From: Rubripirellula sp.
Lineage (GTDB): Bacteria; Planctomycetota; Planctomycetia; Pirellulales; Pirellulaceae
Assembly: GCA_965216875.1 (NCBI GenBank)
Contig: OZ244207.1
Span: 3,392,001 to 3,456,000 of the forward strand
Direction: 5' to 3'
DNA length: 64,000 bases
The translations under genes and the position numbers were made by a program. The notes under the pieces are model-generated. The model saw only the letters and a list, made by a program, of their open reading frames with translations, was not told where the DNA came from and made no database searches. This document shows, one piece after another, positions 29,460 through 39,169 of the stretch; within the stretch, counting starts at the first letter, position 1, and each line of letters opens with the position of its first letter.

Positions 29460-30830
29460 CTACAACGCCAGCAACAATCGGCTTGGGGCTTCTAGGTATT
29501 CGATCACTTCATTCAAGAAGCGAGCTGCCGTGCCGCCGTCAACCAAGCGATGGTCGTACGAGAGACTCAGTGGCATCATCAAACGTGGTGCGATCGAATC
29601 ATCTGGCATCACGACGGGCAACTTGCGGCTGCGACCAACCAACAGGATCGCCACTTCGGGGACGTTGACAATCGGCGTCGAGTATTGACCGCCGATCGCG
29701 CCCAGATTGCTGATCGTGAACGAGCCACCTTTCAAATCATTCATACCAAAGTTGCCGCTGCGAACCTTTCCAGCCATCTCGGCTAGCCCACGGGTAACTT
29801 CGGGAATGCCCATTTGATCGGCGTTCTTCATTACCGGAACAACCAGTCCGCGTTCGGTATCCACAGCGATGCCGACGTTGACGTAGTCCTTGTAAACGAT
29901 CTGTTCGTTCTGCTCGTCGATCACCGCGTTGATCGCGGGGTGATGACGAAGCGCCGTTGCGACCGCTTTGATCAAGAACGGCATCGTCGTCAGCTTCAAG
30001 CCTTGTGCGTTGTAGTCTTCCTTGCTGGCTTGTCGCAAACTTTCCAGATCGGTGATGTCGGCATCATCAAAATTAGTCACGCGTGGAACGGTCGACCAAC
30101 TCGCATGCATCTGCTTCGAGATCGTCTTGCGGATCTTGCTCATCCGTTCGACGTGCACCGAACCAAATTCGTCCGCGGCGCCTGCACCGGGAGCAACTGA
30201 CTTTGTCGCCGAGTCGCTGGTGTCGACGGTCGGTGCTGGTCCACCAGTTGGATGACTGCTACGAACGATCGCCAGAACGTCCTCTCGAGTGATGCGACCG
30301 CCGTCACCACTGCCGGTGACGCCACTGAGGTTGACGCCCACTTCGCGAGCGAAACGACGAATCGCGGGGCCCGCCGGAATGATCTCGCTGCTTGCCGTGA
30401 CGACAGGGGCGGGAGCGGGTGGTGCCGGAGCGGGTGCCGGAGCGGGAGGGGCTGGCGCTGGAGCGGGTGCCGGCGCGGCTTGTGGTTCTGGTTGCGGCGC
30501 CGGAGCCGGTTCGGGCTGCGGGGGCGCTACTGGTTCTGGTTCTGGAGCTGGAGCCGGTTCGGGTGTGGGGGCGGCTTCGGGTGCGGCGCCCTCGGTGACT
30601 TCGACTTCGATCAACAGGCCACCGATTGGCACGGTGTCGCCCTCGCTCACGGCGATACTCGTGATCTTGCCAGCGACAGGGGAGGGAACGGGCACGGTTG
30701 CTTTGTCCGTTTCCATTTCGACGATGTCTTGTTCAACTTCGATCACATCTCCGACGGAGACCATGACGTCAAGGACATCACCCGACTCGATTCCATCGCC
30801 AAGTTCGGGGAGCTTCACTTCTGTGGGCAT
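29460..30830 (-). CDS. aceF: Pyruvate dehydrogenase E2, dihydrolipoamide acetyltransferase
   Basis: One lipoyl domain (METDKA), Pro/Ala linker, E3-binding PAIRRFARE, catalytic SYDHRLVDG. Confidence 0.95.
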   Translation of the reverse strand: MPTEVKLPELGDGIESGDVLDVMVSVGDVIEVEQDIVEMETDKATVPVPSPVAGKITSIAVSEGDTVPIGGLLIEVEVTEGAAPEAAPTPEPAPAPEPEPVAPPQPEPAPAPQPEPQAAPAPAPAPAPPAPAPAPAPPAPAPVVTASSEIIPAGPAIRRFAREVGVNLSGVTGSGDGGRITREDVLAIVRSSHPTGGPAPTVDTSDSATKSVAPGAGAADEFGSVHVERMSKIRKTISKQMHASWSTVPRVTNFDDADITDLESLRQASKEDYNAQGLKLTTMPFLIKAVATALRHHPAINAVIDEQNEQIVYKDYVNVGIAVDTERGLVVPVMKNADQMGIPEVTRGLAEMAGKVRSGNFGMNDLKGGSFTISNLGAIGGQYSTPIVNVPEVAILLVGRSRKLPVVMPDDSIAPRLMMPLSLSYDHRLVDGGTAARFLNEVIEYLEAPSRLLLAL

Positions 30831-30930
30831 GATTTCTTTTTCGTTTACGATTCAACAATGAAAAGCTTCAGTGGACGGCTCTGTTGTCACTTGGCTCACA
30901 TCCAAGCCAGCGAACCTGTAAGAGCGTCGT

Positions 30931-33651
30931 TTATGCAAAGTAGGGATTTTGCTTGTCGGGGTCGAACCCAAGATCCTTGATCGCATCGGCAACTTCGTTG
31001 GCAGTGAACAGCCCAGCCTTTGACAGGCGGCTGAGGGTTGCGATCGTGATCGATTCCGCATCGACCTCGAAGTGGCGACGAAGCATCTCGCGTGTCTCGC
31101 TTCGGCCCATGCCGTCGGTACCGAGGACGTAGTAGTCACCCGGAATCCATGGAGTGAGCTGTTCGCCCAAAGCACGCACATAATCGCTGGCCGAAATGAA
31201 CGGTCCTTCGACACCCTCGAGACATTCCTCGAGGTAGCTTTTGCGCGGCGTTTCGGTTGGGTGCAGCATGTTCCAGCGATCGCAATCAGCCGCTTCGCGA
31301 CGCAATTCGGTGTAGCTGGTCACGCTCCAGACATCGCTAGCGATGTTGTACTTCTCGGCCAACAACTCCTGAGCTGCCAGTGCGCTATTGAGGATCGCAC
31401 CACTGCCGAAGAGTTGGACGCGAGCCTTGGCTCCATCGACCTCTTTGCTGCGGAACTTGTACATCCCCTTGATGATGCCTTCGGCACAGTTTTCGGGCAT
31501 CACAGGATGCTCGTACTCTTCGTTCTCGGCCATCAAGTAGTACATGCACTCTTCGCCTTCGGCGTACATCTTCTTGAGGCCTTCGGCGACGATCACGACA
31601 ACTTCGTAAGCGAAGGCTGGATCGTAAGCACGAACGGTCGGGAAGGCGATCGCGTTCAGCAGCGAGTGCCCGTCTTGGTGCTGCAAGCCTTCGCCATTGA
31701 GCGTGGTTCGGCCGGCGGTACCACCGATTAAGAAACCTTTGGCACGCATGTCGGCCGCAGCCCAAATCAGGTCGCCGATGCGTTGGAAACCAAACATGCT
31801 GTAGTAGATAAAGAACGGAATCATGTTGATCCCGTGCAAGCTGTATGCAGTTCCGGCCGCATTGAAGCTGCTCATCGACCCCGCTTCGGTGATCCCTTCT
31901 TCAAGGATCTGGCCGTCCTGGGCTTCCTTGTAATATTGGATGATCTTCGAGTCGACGGGCTCGTACAGTTGTCCTGCGTGGGCATAGATTCCGAACTGAC
32001 GGAACATCCCCTCCATGCCAAAGGTTCGCGATTCGTCAGGAACGATCGGGACCATGTACTTGCCAATCTTCTTGTCGCGGCAAAGTGCAACAAGCGTTTG
32101 GACGACGGCAAACGTCGTGCTGATGCTCTTGTTTTCGAGCTTCGAAATGACCTTGCCCATTTCGTCCAAGGTCGGGACTTCAAGCTTCGGATGTTCGGTC
32201 GGACGCGATGGCACGGGCCCACCGAGCGCTTCGCGGCGTTCGCGAACGTATTTCAATTCCGCACTATTCTCTGGCGGACGATAGAACGGTGCGTTGCCGA
32301 CTTCTTCGTCGCTGATCGGAATGTTGAAACGAGTTCGGAACTCGAGCAGTTCCTCTTCATTCATCTTCTTTTGGTTGTGAGCGATGTTGCGGCCTTCGCC
32401 CGCTTCACCCAAGCCATAGCCCTTGACGGTCTTGGCCAAAACAACGGTCGGTTTGCCATTGTTCAACTCGGTCGCTTCTTTGAACGCGGCATAAACCTTT
32501 TCGGGGTCGTGGCCGCCGCGACGCATCTTTTCAAGTCGTTCGTCGCTGTAGTTTTCGACAAGCTGCAACAGTTCGGGGTATTTACCGAAAAAGTGTTCGC
32601 GAATGTAGCTGCCAGGCATACCGGTGTATTTTTGGTATTGGCCGTCCACGACTTCGTTCATTCGCTTGGCGAGCAAACCGGTCGTGTCCTTGGCAAGCAG
32701 TTGATCCCAATCGTCACCCCAGACGACTTTGATCACGTTCCAACCCGCACCGCGGAAGATGCCTTCGAGTTCTTGGATGATCTTGCCGTTACCACGAACG
32801 GGGCCGTCAAGACGTTGCAGGTTGCAGTTGATCACGAAGATCAGATTCTGCAGTTTCTCACGAGCTGCCAAGCCAATCGCGCCAAGCGTTTCGGGTTCGT
32901 CGCATTCGCCGTCACCGAGGAATGCCCAAACACGCTGGTTCGAAGTGTCTTTCAGGCCGCGGTCGCGCAGGTATTCGTTGAACCGCGCTTGGTAGATCGC
33001 CATGATTGGCCCCAAGCCCATCGAGACGGTCGGGTATTCCCAGAAGTCGGGCATCAACCAAGGGTGCGGGTAACTCGAAAGGCCCGAGACGGGGCGTAGT
33101 TCGCGGCGGAAGTTCTCGAGGTTTTCTTCCGACAACCGGCCTTCCAAAAAGGCTCGGCTGTACATGCCGGGTGACGCGTGGCCTTGGAAGTAGATGGTGT
33201 CGCCCGAGTACCCGTCGGCGCCACGGCCGCGGAAGAAGTGGTTGTAGCCAATTTCGTAGAGCGTCGCACTCGAAGCGAACGTGCTGATGTGGCCACCGAC
33301 CCCGCCGGCACGCTTGTTGGCTCGAACCACCATCGCCATCGCGTTCCAACGAACGATCGATTTGATCCGTCGCTCGAGTTCGCGGTTGCCAGGAAACGCG
33401 GGTTGGTCTTTGACCGGAATGGTGTTGATGTAAGGGGTCTTGGTGTCCTCGGCCGACTGAATGCCCTCTTCAGCAGCGCGATCACGCAGTTGTTCAATCA
33501 GGAAGCGGACGCGGTCGGGTCCTTTGCTCTTCAAAACGTAGTCGAGCGATGCGAGCCACTCTTGGGTTTCGGCGACATCGACATCGACGTCCTTCGCTGG
33601 CTTTTCAAGTTCGCCAAGCTTGTCGACGGCGACCGTTTTTGAATCCGACAT
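30931..33651 (-). CDS. aceE: Pyruvate dehydrogenase E1, homodimeric type
   Basis: ETQEWLASL, GGHISTFASSA, TVSMGLGP, GDGECDEPE, DESRTFGMEG, GEGLQHQDG. Confidence 0.97.
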   Translation of the reverse strand: MSDSKTVAVDKLGELEKPAKDVDVDVAETQEWLASLDYVLKSKGPDRVRFLIEQLRDRAAEEGIQSAEDTKTPYINTIPVKDQPAFPGNRELERRIKSIVRWNAMAMVVRANKRAGGVGGHISTFASSATLYEIGYNHFFRGRGADGYSGDTIYFQGHASPGMYSRAFLEGRLSEENLENFRRELRPVSGLSSYPHPWLMPDFWEYPTVSMGLGPIMAIYQARFNEYLRDRGLKDTSNQRVWAFLGDGECDEPETLGAIGLAAREKLQNLIFVINCNLQRLDGPVRGNGKIIQELEGIFRGAGWNVIKVVWGDDWDQLLAKDTTGLLAKRMNEVVDGQYQKYTGMPGSYIREHFFGKYPELLQLVENYSDERLEKMRRGGHDPEKVYAAFKEATELNNGKPTVVLAKTVKGYGLGEAGEGRNIAHNQKKMNEEELLEFRTRFNIPISDEEVGNAPFYRPPENSAELKYVRERREALGGPVPSRPTEHPKLEVPTLDEMGKVISKLENKSISTTFAVVQTLVALCRDKKIGKYMVPIVPDESRTFGMEGMFRQFGIYAHAGQLYEPVDSKIIQYYKEAQDGQILEEGITEAGSMSSFNAAGTAYSLHGINMIPFFIYYSMFGFQRIGDLIWAAADMRAKGFLIGGTAGRTTLNGEGLQHQDGHSLLNAIAFPTVRAYDPAFAYEVVVIVAEGLKKMYAEGEECMYYLMAENEEYEHPVMPENCAEGIIKGMYKFRSKEVDGAKARVQLFGSGAILNSALAAQELLAEKYNIASDVWSVTSYTELRREAADCDRWNMLHPTETPRKSYLEECLEGVEGPFISASDYVRALGEQLTPWIPGDYYVLGTDGMGRSETREMLRRHFEVDAESITIATLSRLSKAGLFTANEVADAIKDLGFDPDKQNPYFA

Positions 33652-34169
33652 ATTCTCTCGTTCCTCGTACTTCAGCTCACAGCGACCGATCGTCTTGGCC
33701 GGCATTGATGTGATCTTGCTCGGTGCTCGCAAATCTGGACCGCGCGATGGAATGCGACGGTGATTCCAGAATGGATGGCGGCACGCCATCGGACCGAATA
33801 GGTTTCAATTCTTGGGACGGTTTGCAGAGGGATTTTGGGCAAATTCCCCACCGAACCCTAGTTGTTGCCCTCTCTTTTCTCCAGTCAGGGTAGCGACCAC
33901 ACGGTAAAACCGACAAGGTGAGACAGACGAGCCCCCTCGCAGGCCCCGGTATGGGGGCCTGATGGCAATCTGCCGTCCCTTATTTCTTGCCTATCCTACC
34001 AGGGTAGGGTTGGCAAAATGGGCATTTCGCCCGCCTGCCGAATTGGTCCGCGAACCAGGGGTGGCCGGGAGTGTCTAAAGGTGCTTGGCTAATTTTACCG
34101 AGCTCTACAGTTTCCTGATGCTCCGGTTCACTGGCGAACCGGTGCCCGATAACCACGCGAGAAGAAATC

Positions 34170-34631
34170 ATGAGCGACGCAAAACGGAACGAAATCGTCC
34201 AGGAACTGACCAAGTCCTACTGGATGGAACTCGAAACGGTCCTCAACTATCTGGCCAACAGCGTCAACCTCGATGGCGTTCGCGCCGAGGAGATCAAGAA
34301 GTCGTTGTCGGCCGATGTGACCGAAGAAATGCTGCACGCAACGCAGCTGGCCAATCGAATCAAAACGATCGATGGCAGTGTCCCCGGCAGCGAACAATTC
34401 ACAGCAGTCCAATCGACACTCCAGCCGCCGGCCGACAGCACCGACGTCGTGGCGGTGATCAAGGGTGTGATCGATGCCGAGGAAGCCGCAATTGCCCAAT
34501 ATGAAAAAATCATTCGGCTTTGCGACGGTTTCGACTATGTCACCCAGGACCTTTGCATCACACTGCTTGCCGACGAACAACAACACCGCCGTGAGTTTGT
34601 CGGATTCCTGAAAGAGTACGAGAAAGAGTGA
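34170..34631 (+). CDS. Ferritin-like domain protein
   Basis: Four-helix diiron pattern: MELET, EEMLH, AEEAA, DEQQH. Confidence 0.85.
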   Translation: MSDAKRNEIVQELTKSYWMELETVLNYLANSVNLDGVRAEEIKKSLSADVTEEMLHATQLANRIKTIDGSVPGSEQFTAVQSTLQPPADSTDVVAVIKGVIDAEEAAIAQYEKIIRLCDGFDYVTQDLCITLLADEQQHRREFVGFLKEYEKE

Positions 34632-34659
34632 GATGCCGCTTTGGGGCGGCACCCCTGTC

Positions 34660-35475
34660 ATGCAAGACAACGTCATGCAACACAATGACACGCCGCATCC
34701 TTTCGCAAACGTAGCCGCGGTCGTCACCGGTGCATCAAGTGGCATCGGACAAGCGGCCGCGATTGCACTGGCCGGCGCGGGTGCTGCCAAGATCGGCATT
34801 CATTTCCGCAACAATGAAGCGGGAGCAAAAGAGACGGCAGCGCGTTGCAAAGCACTCGGTGCCAACGTCGCAACGTTTTGCGCCGACCTGAGCAATCAAG
34901 CCGACATCGATCGGCTCGCCGACGAAACCTTCGAGACACTCGGCACGATCAACGTTTGGGTCCACAACGCAGGCGCCGATGTCCTCACCGGCAGCGCTGC
35001 GGATCAATCGTTCGAGGACAAGCTGCGCCGGCTGCTCGAGGTCGATGTGATCGGCACGATCGCATTGGCACGAACCGTTGCCGATCGAATGTCCCAGCAA
35101 ACGACGAACCATCCTTCTTCCATGGTGCTCATCGGTTGGGACCAAGCACCGCTAGGGATGGAAGGAGACGCAGGACAAATGTTTGGTCCGGTGAAGGCTG
35201 CCGTGATGGCTTTTTCGGCAAGCCTCGCGCAGAGCGTTGCGCCGAAAGTCCGCGTCAACACCGTCGCTCCCGGTTGGATCAAAACATCCTGGGGCGACAC
35301 GGCGAGTGATTATTGGGACCGACGGGCAAAAGGCCAAGCATTGATGAACCGCTGGGGTTCCCCAGAAGATGTTGCGCGAGCCGTCGTCTTTGCAAGCGAT
35401 CCGAACAATACTTTCTTGACCGGGCAAACCATCGAAGTCAACGGTGGCTGGAACCGCAAGTTCGACGTGCGGTAG
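34660..35475 (+). CDS. SDR family oxidoreductase, atypical active site
   Basis: TGASSGIG, HNAG, RVNTVAPG, TGQTIEVNGG; FGPVK replaces YxxxK. Start uncertain (34633-34675). Confidence 0.88.
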   Translation: MQDNVMQHNDTPHPFANVAAVVTGASSGIGQAAAIALAGAGAAKIGIHFRNNEAGAKETAARCKALGANVATFCADLSNQADIDRLADETFETLGTINVWVHNAGADVLTGSAADQSFEDKLRRLLEVDVIGTIALARTVADRMSQQTTNHPSSMVLIGWDQAPLGMEGDAGQMFGPVKAAVMAFSASLAQSVAPKVRVNTVAPGWIKTSWGDTASDYWDRRAKGQALMNRWGSPEDVARAVVFASDPNNTFLTGQTIEVNGGWNRKFDVR

Positions 35476-35818
35476 GTCATGCTCCGCATGACACCCAAAA
35501 TCCGCCGTAGCTACGCTCGCCAGAGCGTGGTGTGCTGAAGTTCTAGGGAAGCCACAGAGGGCACAGAGAAAGAAACCGAAAGGTTGCGCGAAATTCGTGC
35601 TCGTGCTCCTGCTCGTCAAAAAATCAGCGGCTAGCTAGCGTCTTGTCGCTCATCGAGAGCCGCGATCGCGTAAGCGGCCGGGCCTTTCCCCCAGTAACAC
35701 GCGCCAGCACCTGTCATGCGGAGCATGACCTACGAAGAGGACGCGGAGCGTCCAAGAGTGCGTCCCCACGCGGAGCGTTGGGACGAGGTAATACTTTCGC
35801 GGAGCGAAAGGCGACTAT
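35472..35818. repeat. Nested multi-family REP mosaic (B, E, A, B', C, D plus short simple repeats)
   Basis: B 35472-35492 and its exact inverse 35713-35733; E 35506-35530; A 35655-35685; C 35739-35788; D 35793-35818. Confidence 0.88.
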
Positions 35819-36593
35819 GGCAACTGAAAAATTCGCTTGGCGTTTTCGGTTGTCTTTTCGGCTAGCTCTTCCGCCGTCACTCCGCGGACTTCGGCCAAGC
35901 ACCGTAGCGTGTGCTCGACGCGGGCCGGTTCGTTGGGTCGCTTCCCTCGCAAAGGCTCGGGACTGAGGTAGGGTGCGTCGGTTTCGACGAGCAGACGATC
36001 CTCGGGGACAATCGCGGCGACCTCACGAAGCTCGTCGCTTTTCTTGAACGTAACCATTCCGGCAAAACTGATGTACAGATCCATCGAAAGACACTGCTTG
36101 GCCAGATCGAGGTCGCCGGTAAACGAATGCATGATGCCCGGCGGACAGATGCCTGGCGCCGCAATTGTTCAACGATCAACTGGCCACTTTCACGCATGTG
36201 AATCACCATCGGCAAATGCGTGTCGCGACAGAGTTGCAGGTGCCAATCAAAATACTCGTGCTGCATTTCGATCGGCGTGTCATCCCAGTAACAGTCGAGG
36301 CCTGTTTCGCCGATCGCGCGAACGCCGGGCATGCCCGACAGCTCTTCGATGATCTTGAAATCACCCTCTTGGGCTTCGGCGGCCGAGTTGGGTTGAATGC
36401 CGACGGCTGCGAAAAGGTATCCCGGATGAGCCGCCGCCAATTCACAGGCTCGGCGACTGGTGGCGACATCGATGCCAATCACCATGATGCCGGTCACGCC
36501 AGCTTGTTTGGCTCGCTCAACCACCTCGTCGACGCTGTCGTCAAACTGGCTGACATTCAAGTGCGCGTGGGTGTCAAAAAGTGAAAGCGTCAT
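35815..36593 (-). pseudogene. tatD: TatD family DNase split by a one-base frameshift near 36145 (pseudogene or sequencing error)
   Basis: N-half FDTHAHL, AIGETGLD, VIHMRE is in one frame; C-half PPGIMHSFTG, ETDAPYL, NEP is in the -1 frame. Confidence 0.85.
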
Positions 36594-37645
36594 GTGCTCC
36601 AGAAGAAGCGTGTGAGGTGATAGAAGACCGGTGCGGCAAAACAAATGTTGTCGATTTGGTCGAGCACACCGGCGTGTCCTTGAACGAGCGTGCCGGTGTC
36701 TTTCACGCCGCGGTCCCGCTTGATCGCACTCATCGTCATCGTACCGGCACAGGCCATGACGGTGACGACGGCGCCGAGAATGCCGGCTTCCCATGGATGG
36801 AAGGGGGTCGCCCAGCAAAGCGATGCGGCGACGATTCCGGTTGTCACCATCGACCCCAAAAAGCCTTCCCATGTTCGCGATGCGTTGATTTTTTCCGCGA
36901 TCACATGACGCCCGGCGATCTTGCCCCACGCACGTTCAAAGACTGAAGCCAATTGAGCGATCAAAACAAAGAAGACCAACACACTGGCGTTCTTTCCGGT
37001 CCACGGTGTGCCGCCTGTTGTCACGAGCGTCAAATCGAGGATCGCGGGGGCGTAACTCAGTGAGTAGACACAGATCAGCAGCCCCGCCTGGATCTTTGCG
37101 CTCCGTTCAAGGAACCGCTTGTAGTCTCCCGCGATCGCCGCCCGCGCCGGAATGAACAGGCTCGCGTAGACCGGGATCATGATGCTGTAGAACTCGTAGT
37201 AGTCGATTCCATCAGGACCGCCGCCGAGCGCCGCGGGCGGATTGCTTCCCAGTCCAATCAAGATGTACTGCAGCGGCGTGAAGATAAAGAACACCCAAAA
37301 GAGCGTTCGATGGTCGCCGCGCCGCGTCGGCGTCATCGTGATGAACTCACGCAGCGCCCAGAACGAGACGAGCCCGAAGAGGACCACGACACCCACCCGC
37401 CCGAGCAGAAAGCCGAACAGGAAGATGGCGCTCATCATCCACCAGACACGAAGCTTGTGATTGAAGCGTCGAATCAAAGTCGATTCGACACCCATCTTCT
37501 CGCGTCGCGACAGAACCAATCCGACAACACTCGCAATACCGAGTGTTCCCAGAATCAGGCCCAACAGAATGTAGGTGCGTGAATCGGCCCACTGGCCAGC
37601 GGCCAGCAGTGAAGTGTTTGCAAAGATGTCGGCGGCTCCCGGCAT
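36590..37645 (-). CDS. Phosphatidate cytidylyltransferase family membrane protein
   Basis: SRTWEGFLG, SAIKRDRGVKD.G..VQGHAGVLD signature; ATGA overlap with tatD. Confidence 0.88.
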   Translation of the reverse strand: MPGAADIFANTSLLAAGQWADSRTYILLGLILGTLGIASVVGLVLSRREKMGVESTLIRRFNHKLRVWWMMSAIFLFGFLLGRVGVVVLFGLVSFWALREFITMTPTRRGDHRTLFWVFFIFTPLQYILIGLGSNPPAALGGGPDGIDYYEFYSIMIPVYASLFIPARAAIAGDYKRFLERSAKIQAGLLICVYSLSYAPAILDLTLVTTGGTPWTGKNASVLVFFVLIAQLASVFERAWGKIAGRHVIAEKINASRTWEGFLGSMVTTGIVAASLCWATPFHPWEAGILGAVVTVMACAGTMTMSAIKRDRGVKDTGTLVQGHAGVLDQIDNICFAAPVFYHLTRFFWST

Positions 37646-37711
37646 TAGCGCGCTCGTCTGTAATGCTCAACCTGTCGGTGGGCAACCTGTCGAGTTCGAT
37701 CGTGACTGTTG

Positions 37712-38785
37712 CTACTTCGCAAGTCGCTCGATCACGGCGTCGCCCATGGCGTCCGTCCCGACGCTTTCGCCACCGCGGGCAATGTCTGCTGTGCGCAATC
37801 CGTCGGCAAGCGTCTTGGCGACCGCTGCTTCAATCGCATCCGCTTCGGCATGCATGTCGAGTGAATGTCGAAGCATCATTGCGGCTGCGAGAATGGTGGC
37901 CAGTGGGTTGGCAATGTTCTGGCCAGCGATGTCGGGAGCCGATCCGTGAATCGGTTCATAGAGTCCGGGGCCGCCATCACCGAGCGATGCGCTTGGCAAC
38001 ATCCCAAGCGAGCCGGGCAACATCGATGCCTCGTCGGTCAAGATGTCGCCAAACATATTGCCGGTCACCACAACGTCAAAATCAGCGGGACGATTGATCA
38101 GGTGCATTGCCATCGCATCGACAAGCACGACGTCGTATTGCACATCAGGAAACTCTTCGGCCATCACGCGTGCGGCGACCTGGCGCCACAAGCGACTCGG
38201 CTCGAGCACGTTGGCCTTGTCCACGCTCGTCAATCGGTTGTCGCGATGCTGGGCCGCCTTGGCTGCCATCCGCACGATGCGTTCAACTTCTGGAACGCTG
38301 TAGACCATCGATTGGTGAGCCGATTCGTCGGCACCGCTGCCCTCGCGTCCCGAAGGGCCAAAGTAGATCCCGCCGGTCAATTCGCGGAAGAACAAGATGT
38401 CAGTTCCCGAGATGATGTCGGGGCGAAGTGGCGAGGCATCAGCCAATTCGTCGAACAATCGAATCGGACGCAGGTTCGCAAACAGTTGCAGCTCTTTGCG
38501 AATCTTCAACAATCCCGCTTCAGGACGAGTCTTTGCTGACGGATCATCCCACTTCGGTCCACCGACGGCACCAAGCAAGATTGCATCGCTCGCGCGGCAG
38601 GCGTCGACGGTTTCTTGGGGAAGCGGATCGCCGCAGGTATCGATGGCGATGCCGCCGATCATGTGCGAGGAGAATTCGAATTCGTGACCAAACTGGCTTG
38701 CGACCGAGGTCAAAACCTTTTCGGCGGCTGCAACGATTTCGGGTCCGATTCCGTCACCGGGAAGGAGAACGATGTTGGCTTTCAA
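37712..38785 (-). CDS. leuB: 3-isopropylmalate dehydrogenase
   Basis: [59 protein letters not shown] start at 38785. Confidence 0.96.
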   Translation of the reverse strand: MKANIVLLPGDGIGPEIVAAAEKVLTSVASQFGHEFEFSSHMIGGIAIDTCGDPLPQETVDACRASDAILLGAVGGPKWDDPSAKTRPEAGLLKIRKELQLFANLRPIRLFDELADASPLRPDIISGTDILFFRELTGGIYFGPSGREGSGADESAHQSMVYSVPEVERIVRMAAKAAQHRDNRLTSVDKANVLEPSRLWRQVAARVMAEEFPDVQYDVVLVDAMAMHLINRPADFDVVVTGNMFGDILTDEASMLPGSLGMLPSASLGDGGPGLYEPIHGSAPDIAGQNIANPLATILAAAMMLRHSLDMHAEADAIEAAVAKTLADGLRTADIARGGESVGTDAMGDAVIERLAK

Positions 38786-39169
38786 TGGACTGCTGGTGAT
38801 TACTTGAGAGATGGTCAAAAACTCGCAACCGGCCGGCTGCGACAGGAGGTTTTGGGAATACGCGAGCCGACAATTTAGTCGAAGAGTCACGATTGCCCAA
38901 TGGACGCACAATACGGCTTGGCGGCACCTGGCGAGAAAAAGTGGATTCCGGCGGGGCTTGGACCGAAAGCCAATCGCCCCCTTCTGCCTTACCCGCAAAA
39001 CCGGTCCAACCCTCGGCGACGAGCGATTCCTTGCCCTCCGAGAGGATGCCGATTCCAGCACATGGGCTCGCGAGGCGCATGCTTTTAGGTAGGGAGTCCC
39101 CGCCATTCACAGACCGCTCTCGGCGCATCACTTCGTCGCCGAGAGCTCTCGCGCGCCTCAGGACGAGTC

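Noticed and set aside
30405..30592. GC-rich repetitive tract in aceF
   Set aside because: Ordinary Pro/Ala/Glu flexible linker of E2 subunits.
31783..33099. 438-aa plus-strand ORF, and similar long antisense ORFs at 45776..47131 and 62220..63416
   Set aside because: In-register antisense shadows of aceE, glgX and the kinase, as expected in GC-rich coding DNA.
36143..36168. Link between the tatD frameshift and the 8-nt-loop tRNA
   Set aside because: tatD needs a -1 shift whereas quadruplet decoding gives +1, and no GAAA lies in the permitted window.
38786..39169. Leucine attenuator leader for leuB
   Set aside because: No short Leu-rich leader peptide or terminator/antiterminator pair is evident. 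The long N-terminal extension in the ORF track is probably not translated.
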